Position numbers and translations under genes: made by a program
Part shown: positions 47,689 to 52,329 of the stretch, one piece after another
How the letters are laid out: the number at the start of each line of letters is the position of its first letter
Numbering within the stretch: the first letter of the stretch is position 1
The notes under the pieces: model-generated
Database searches by the model: none
Told to the model about the DNA's origin: nothing
What the model saw: only the letters and a program-made list of their open reading frames with translations
Sequence record: MT446419.1
DNA from: Escherichia virus TH53
Direction: 5' to 3' (one strand)
Length of the DNA: 52,329 nucleotides

Positions 47689-49073
47689 TGGCAATTCGTC
47701 CTAAACTGAACCGAGTCTGGACTTCAAACAACTCAGTCGCAAGACGTGACCCAGGTGATGAAAAATATCTCAAGGGTTGGGTTGCAGAGATTCCGACCTA
47801 TCAGGTTCTTAACTACCTACAATACAAGATTGACACCACAATGCTTGCACAAGCAGAGCGTGGAATCTTTGAGTGGGGCAGTGATGTAAGTTATGGCGTT
47901 GGTAGTTTGGCTTGGGACGAAACAGACAAAACCATTTATGTTTGTACTGTCGCCAGTCCTAGCAAAACACTGCGCCCAAGTGCAAACTCCGCACAGTGGA
48001 GTCCAAGCTCCATCCAGGTTTCTCGTGCAAACTACGACTCAATTGTTGCAGCAATCAATGCACACATTGCAGACGTAACCTCAAACCCGCACAAAGTAAC
48101 TGCTGCACAAATTGGGGCATATGACAAATCTGAACTCGATTCAATTGTTGCCAACTATCGTGCAATGGTTCAAGCGCACGTAACGGACTACAACAACCCG
48201 CACAAACTTACTGCGGTCCAGGTTGGTGCTGTTCCTGCAACTGGTGGTGAATACACTGGTGAAGTAACCTTCACGACTGTGTACCTGAATGATTCCAAGA
48301 CTGCCCAGATTGTTAACGACGGTGGATTGTATCTTCGTAACGGGAGTTATTATCTTGGCATCAATGGTTCCACAGGCAATGCAGAAACTGGTACTGCTTC
48401 AAGCAAGTCTACTATTGTCACAGAACTAAACTTCCCAAATGTGAAGGCAGCACAAGAACCTGGATATGCTCACCTGGAACCAACATTCCAGATGAACTTG
48501 ATAAACTCACTTAACATAGTGAGGGGTTCTGGAACAGTGTCTTCTACGGAAGGTATGAATATTCAATACGACCAAGCTAATGGTGGTGTGTTCCTGTTTG
48601 ACCAGGGCGGCATTGGGCATTCAGTATCTGGTAGTGACGAACTTGTAGTTGCTGGTGAAAACGTACCATTTACAATCGCATTTGATTACTATCCAAACAA
48701 CCCAATAGGCTCAGGATATTGGCAATTTGTTTTGGGATTACTTGGGCATAAGGTACTGTTCAAACTAAACAACACTGTGAACTTGGAGATTAGAAGCTCT
48801 AATGGCTCCAATGTGCAGAAGTGTATCAATTCCTATGTTGCAGTGCCCTATGCTTGGAGTAGGGTTGTTGCAACACATGATGGAACTACATATCGTCTAT
48901 ATGTAAATGGTGTACAGATTGCCGAAGAGGTTGGTGGATTTGCAACGAGAGACACCCCAGCCGACCGCAAGTTCTATATGGGCTTTGCAGCAAATGTTCA
49001 AAAGGCTGTTCGGTTCCGCGGATTTAGGCTGTGGCCTTATGCACTATCTGCTAAACAAGTTTCAACTCTATAG
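47688..49073 (+). CDS. tail fibre protein with NPHK repeats and C-terminal lectin-like domain
   Basis: Seen: NPHKVTAAQIGA and NPHKLTAVQVGA repeats; C-terminal YRLYVNGVQ ... FRLWPYALSAKQ resembles a concanavalin/LamG-type fold. Confidence 0.6.
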   Translation: MAIRPKLNRVWTSNNSVARRDPGDEKYLKGWVAEIPTYQVLNYLQYKIDTTMLAQAERGIFEWGSDVSYGVGSLAWDETDKTIYVCTVASPSKTLRPSANSAQWSPSSIQVSRANYDSIVAAINAHIADVTSNPHKVTAAQIGAYDKSELDSIVANYRAMVQAHVTDYNNPHKLTAVQVGAVPATGGEYTGEVTFTTVYLNDSKTAQIVNDGGLYLRNGSYYLGINGSTGNAETGTASSKSTIVTELNFPNVKAAQEPGYAHLEPTFQMNLINSLNIVRGSGTVSSTEGMNIQYDQANGGVFLFDQGGIGHSVSGSDELVVAGENVPFTIAFDYYPNNPIGSGYWQFVLGLLGHKVLFKLNNTVNLEIRSSNGSNVQKCINSYVAVPYAWSRVVATHDGTTYRLYVNGVQIAEEVGGFATRDTPADRKFYMGFAANVQKAVRFRGFRLWPYALSAKQVSTL

Positions 49074-49081
49074 GATTCAAA

Positions 49082-50131
49082 ATGGCTAAAGGTTACTCTT
49101 TAGATGCGCTGGTTAACGAGCACTACATGAAGTCTCGTACCAACCTGGATAATACAAACTTAGGCACTCTCACAGGAATGGGCAGTGTTGGGGTATATTA
49201 CCAATCAGCCAACGCCTATGCTACCCTCGCAAATGACTACCCTGGTGGCGCTCAGGCGGGAACTCTTGAGGTTCTTCCAACAAATGCCAGCACTGTAGGC
49301 CGTGTTACACAACGGTACACGAACTGGCAAAACCAACGCATGTGGGTGCGGGGACAAAGCAGGAATACGCCTGCTGAATTGGGTTTTGGTCCGTGGGTAG
49401 AGCTTATAAATGCAAACAACATTTATAATGCAATCTATCCGATTGGTATTGTATTGCAGTTTGACAACGCCACCAACCCAAACAATGCCTTCACCGGAAC
49501 TGTGTGGGAGCAAATCACTGATGGTCGTGCTGCTCGTGCTGCGACTGGCCCCACTGCGGGAACTTCTGATGGTCAGATTGGTTCAGTAGCTGGCAGTGAC
49601 TCTGTATCTATCACTGTAGACAATTTACCAAGGCACACACATGACCTGCGTGAGCATACCCACTCCATTGGTGCCCATACCCACACGATGGCCCACACTC
49701 ACACCATCAACCACGACCACGGGGCAGTGAACACCAGCACCGCTGGTTGGCACGACCACTCGCTGAGTGGCACAGCTAACGCTGCTGGTGAACACTCTCA
49801 CCCAATATCTCAGGGTGATAACGCCAACGTACCGAATGGTAGGGTTGCTTCCTCAAACTCTCGTGAGACGCACGTAGGTTGGACAAACGGTGCTGGCAAC
49901 CATACTCACAGCATTAGCGGTACAGCCAATGGTACTGGCAACCACACACACACAGTGGACTTGCCTAACTTCACAGGTACAAGTGGTGGCTCTAGTGCTG
50001 CAAACACTGGTGGGACATCCTTGACTACAGGTGAACCAAGCAACAACACCTCTAATGTTACGGGCGGTGACAAAAACCTCGATGTAAGAAACTCTTCACA
50101 CTACTATGCCTTCTGGAAACGGGTGGCTTAA
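49082..50131 (+). CDS. tail fibre / receptor-binding protein with His-rich HxH repeats
   Basis: Seen: HTHDLREHTHSIGAHTHTMAHTHTINHDHG, GEHSHP, GNHTHSISG, GNHTHTV. Confidence 0.6.
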   Translation: MAKGYSLDALVNEHYMKSRTNLDNTNLGTLTGMGSVGVYYQSANAYATLANDYPGGAQAGTLEVLPTNASTVGRVTQRYTNWQNQRMWVRGQSRNTPAELGFGPWVELINANNIYNAIYPIGIVLQFDNATNPNNAFTGTVWEQITDGRAARAATGPTAGTSDGQIGSVAGSDSVSITVDNLPRHTHDLREHTHSIGAHTHTMAHTHTINHDHGAVNTSTAGWHDHSLSGTANAAGEHSHPISQGDNANVPNGRVASSNSRETHVGWTNGAGNHTHSISGTANGTGNHTHTVDLPNFTGTSGGSSAANTGGTSLTTGEPSNNTSNVTGGDKNLDVRNSSHYYAFWKRVA

Positions 50132-50138
50132 GGAACTC

Positions 50139-50480
50139 ATGGAACGTTTATCTATTCAAATGTTTGTGGACCTCATGCACCAATATGGTGTTTGGCATGG
50201 GCTGCTGGCTGGTCTGACAGCTTTAATCCGTGGGGCATACGAAAGTGAAGGTTTAAGCAAAGCGTTGCTGGATGCAGCGCTATGCAGCTTGATTGGCTTG
50301 TTTGCCTTTCATGTTGCTGGCACGTTTGAAACTTTCACCACTAACGTCACAATGCAGTTAGTTCTGGCTATCGTGATTGGTGTCATTGGTGCAAACCTCA
50401 TTATCACAACTGTCAGGGAAAGTTTCTCTGGCGCAATCAAACAACTTAACCCTTTGACGTGGTTCAAGAAGGCACGATGA
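50139..50480 (+). CDS. holin (putative)
   Basis: Three predicted TM segments; directly upstream of the endolysin. ATG 50139 chosen over track start 50106. Confidence 0.5.
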   Translation: MERLSIQMFVDLMHQYGVWHGLLAGLTALIRGAYESEGLSKALLDAALCSLIGLFAFHVAGTFETFTTNVTMQLVLAIVIGVIGANLIITTVRESFSGAIKQLNPLTWFKKAR

Positions 50481-50497
50481 AATGATAAGGAACTCGA

Positions 50498-51052
50498 ATG
50501 CTATCATTCAAAGTCCTTGCACTTCTAACAGCTTTAGTTCACATCAACGCCCCAGCTTCGGTTGGGGCAGTGAATTCTGCTATTACAGATTTTGCAAGTC
50601 ATTCTTATTTAAATGGAAGTCTGAAACTATCTTCTTCACAACGCAAAGAGCTAGAATGCTACGCTAAAGTTATCTGGTATGAAGCTCGCGGAGAAGACAA
50701 ACATGGAAAGATTCTGGTAGCTAATGTCGTCCGCAATAGAACAGAGTTCGGGAAGCCATTCGCTAACACCGTTTGTGATGTTGTCTATCAACGCAATCAA
50801 TTTGCATGGACACGAGAAGCAAAGAAGAAGAATGCTCAATGGAAGCATGTAGCAAAGATTAATTATGCCACAGAACAACAACAAGTTCTGGACACCATTA
50901 ATGTTGCAATCTCTTTTGTATTATTTAATCAACCCTCTGTCACCAAAGCAACCCACTTTTGTACAGCATCGGAGAAGTGCAACTTCAAGAATGTAAAAGG
51001 TTTGGGACGTTATGGTGGCCATAAATTCTATGAGTATCTAGGAAATCTGTAA
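50498..51052 (+). CDS. SleB/CwlJ-family cell wall hydrolase with N-terminal signal sequence (endolysin)
   Basis: Seen: [29 protein letters not shown]...[15 protein letters not shown]; hydrophobic N-terminus [20 protein letters not shown]. Confidence 0.75.
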   Translation: MLSFKVLALLTALVHINAPASVGAVNSAITDFASHSYLNGSLKLSSSQRKELECYAKVIWYEARGEDKHGKILVANVVRNRTEFGKPFANTVCDVVYQRNQFAWTREAKKKNAQWKHVAKINYATEQQQVLDTINVAISFVLFNQPSVTKATHFCTASEKCNFKNVKGLGRYGGHKFYEYLGNL

Positions 51053-52152
51053 TGGCTTACACTACCTTTTCACAAACCAAGAATAACCAACTACTAGAGC
51101 CAATGTTCTTTGGTCAGAACGTTAACGTTGCTCGATATGACCAACAGAAGTACAGCATCTTCGAGAAGTTAATCGAGAAGCAGTTGTCTTTCTTTTGGCG
51201 ACCTGAGGAGGTTGATGTTAGCCAGGACCGAATTGACTATGCTGGCCTTCCTGAGTGTGAGAAACACATTTTCACCAGCAATTTAAGATACCAAATCCTG
51301 CTTGATTCCATTCAGGGACGCGGACCAACTACAGTTTTGCTGCCAATTGTGAGCATTCCTGAGCTGGAAACTTGGATTGAAACTTGGTCATTCTCAGAAA
51401 CAATTCACTCTCGTTCTTACACGCATATTATTCGTAATATCGTGACAGACCCAAGTGTTATTTTCGATGAAATTGTGGAGAATGAGCATATTAAAATGCG
51501 TGCAATTGGCATCTCCCAATATTATGACGAGTTGCAGCACCTAACTTCCATGTGGCATCTGCATGAAGATAAAGTTTCTCTTCGTGAGCTTAAGAAGAAG
51601 CTATATTTATGCCTCATGTCTATCAATGCGCTGGAAGCAATCCGCTTTTATGTCAGCTTTGCTTGCTCATTTGCCTTCGCTGAACGCAAGTTAATGGAAG
51701 GAAATGCCAAGATTATTCGCTTAATTGCTCGCGATGAAGCACTCCATTTGACCGGAACTCAGCACATGCTGAACCTCCTTGCAAGTGGTATTGATGACCC
51801 AGAAATGGCTGAAATTGCTAAAGAATGCCGCCAAGAATGCCAAGAAATGTTCGAAAATGTGGCCCAACAAGAGAAAGATTGGGCTGATTATTTGTTCAAA
51901 GATGGCTCAATGATTGGCTTAAACAAGCAAATTCTGTGCGGATATGTGGAATATATCACGAATATCCGTATGCAAGCAGTTGGATTGGATGCTCCATTCA
52001 AAGGTGCTACTAACCCGATTCCTTGGATTAACGCATGGTTGAATTCGGATGCTGTACAGGTTGCTCCACAGGAAACAGAGATTAGTTCGTACCTTGTCGG
52101 GCAGATTGATTCCGAAGTGGACACCAATGCTTTGGGCGGATTTGAGCTTTAA
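51052..52152 (+). CDS. nrdB: ribonucleotide reductase class Ia beta subunit
   Basis: Seen: N-terminus [22 protein letters not shown] matches E. coli NrdB as I recall it; radical/iron site [29 protein letters not shown]. Confidence 0.92.
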   Translation: MAYTTFSQTKNNQLLEPMFFGQNVNVARYDQQKYSIFEKLIEKQLSFFWRPEEVDVSQDRIDYAGLPECEKHIFTSNLRYQILLDSIQGRGPTTVLLPIVSIPELETWIETWSFSETIHSRSYTHIIRNIVTDPSVIFDEIVENEHIKMRAIGISQYYDELQHLTSMWHLHEDKVSLRELKKKLYLCLMSINALEAIRFYVSFACSFAFAERKLMEGNAKIIRLIARDEALHLTGTQHMLNLLASGIDDPEMAEIAKECRQECQEMFENVAQQEKDWADYLFKDGSMIGLNKQILCGYVEYITNIRMQAVGLDAPFKGATNPIPWINAWLNSDAVQVAPQETEISSYLVGQIDSEVDTNALGGFEL

Positions 52153-52241
52153 CGATTATATGTGAGAAGAGATTCGATGCGTTAGCGTCGTTTCTCTTTG
52201 AGCTAGAATAAAACAAGTAAATTAAATATTTATTTATTCCC

Positions 52242-52258
52242 AATATTGCTACAATATT
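52242..52258. repeat. terminal copy of the AATATTG-N3-CAATATT palindrome
   Basis: Perfect palindrome AATATTG-CTA-CAATATT, same family as the 2587-3475 array. Confidence 0.6.
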
Positions 52259-52329
52259 AAGAGTAATATTAGGAATGCGTAAAGTTAAAACCAAATGGTA
52301 CATGGTCGGTCAGCTGTATCTCGCCGAAA

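Overview
The window reads as most or all of a virulent tailed dsDNA phage genome, with every supported gene on the + strand; no database search or folding program was run, so all calls rest on motifs read by eye and on gene order. Left to right: a short T7-like single-subunit RNA polymerase (333-2273); a 1.1-kb non-coding block packed with palindromic repeats (2515-3660); about 30 small early genes (3.6-13.7 kb), including an M15 peptidase, a protein ending in the E. coli SSB tail DFDDDIPF, acidic proteins and a secreted protein; a 2.7-kb ORF-poor region (13.7-16.4 kb) holding a non-canonical tRNA-like element and an embedded spanin pair; a replication and nucleotide-metabolism module (ThyX-like, primase-helicase, family A DNA polymerase, 5'-3' exonuclease, HNH-like nuclease, ATP-dependent ligase, dNMP kinase, dUTPase); then terminase, portal and capsid genes, a contractile-tail module with tape measure, baseplate and three fibre genes, a holin plus SleB-like endolysin, and a stand-alone class Ia nrdB. 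Main second-look items: the palindrome array, a seven-copy promoter-like motif, a candidate origin, the ORF-poor tRNA-like region, two -1 frameshift sites (CCCAAAG and TTTTTTC), SSB-tail mimicry, a ThyX-like protein with a divergent active-site motif, and nrdB without nrdA. I did not find one single stand-out novel system. No integrase, CRISPR array or rRNA was seen.
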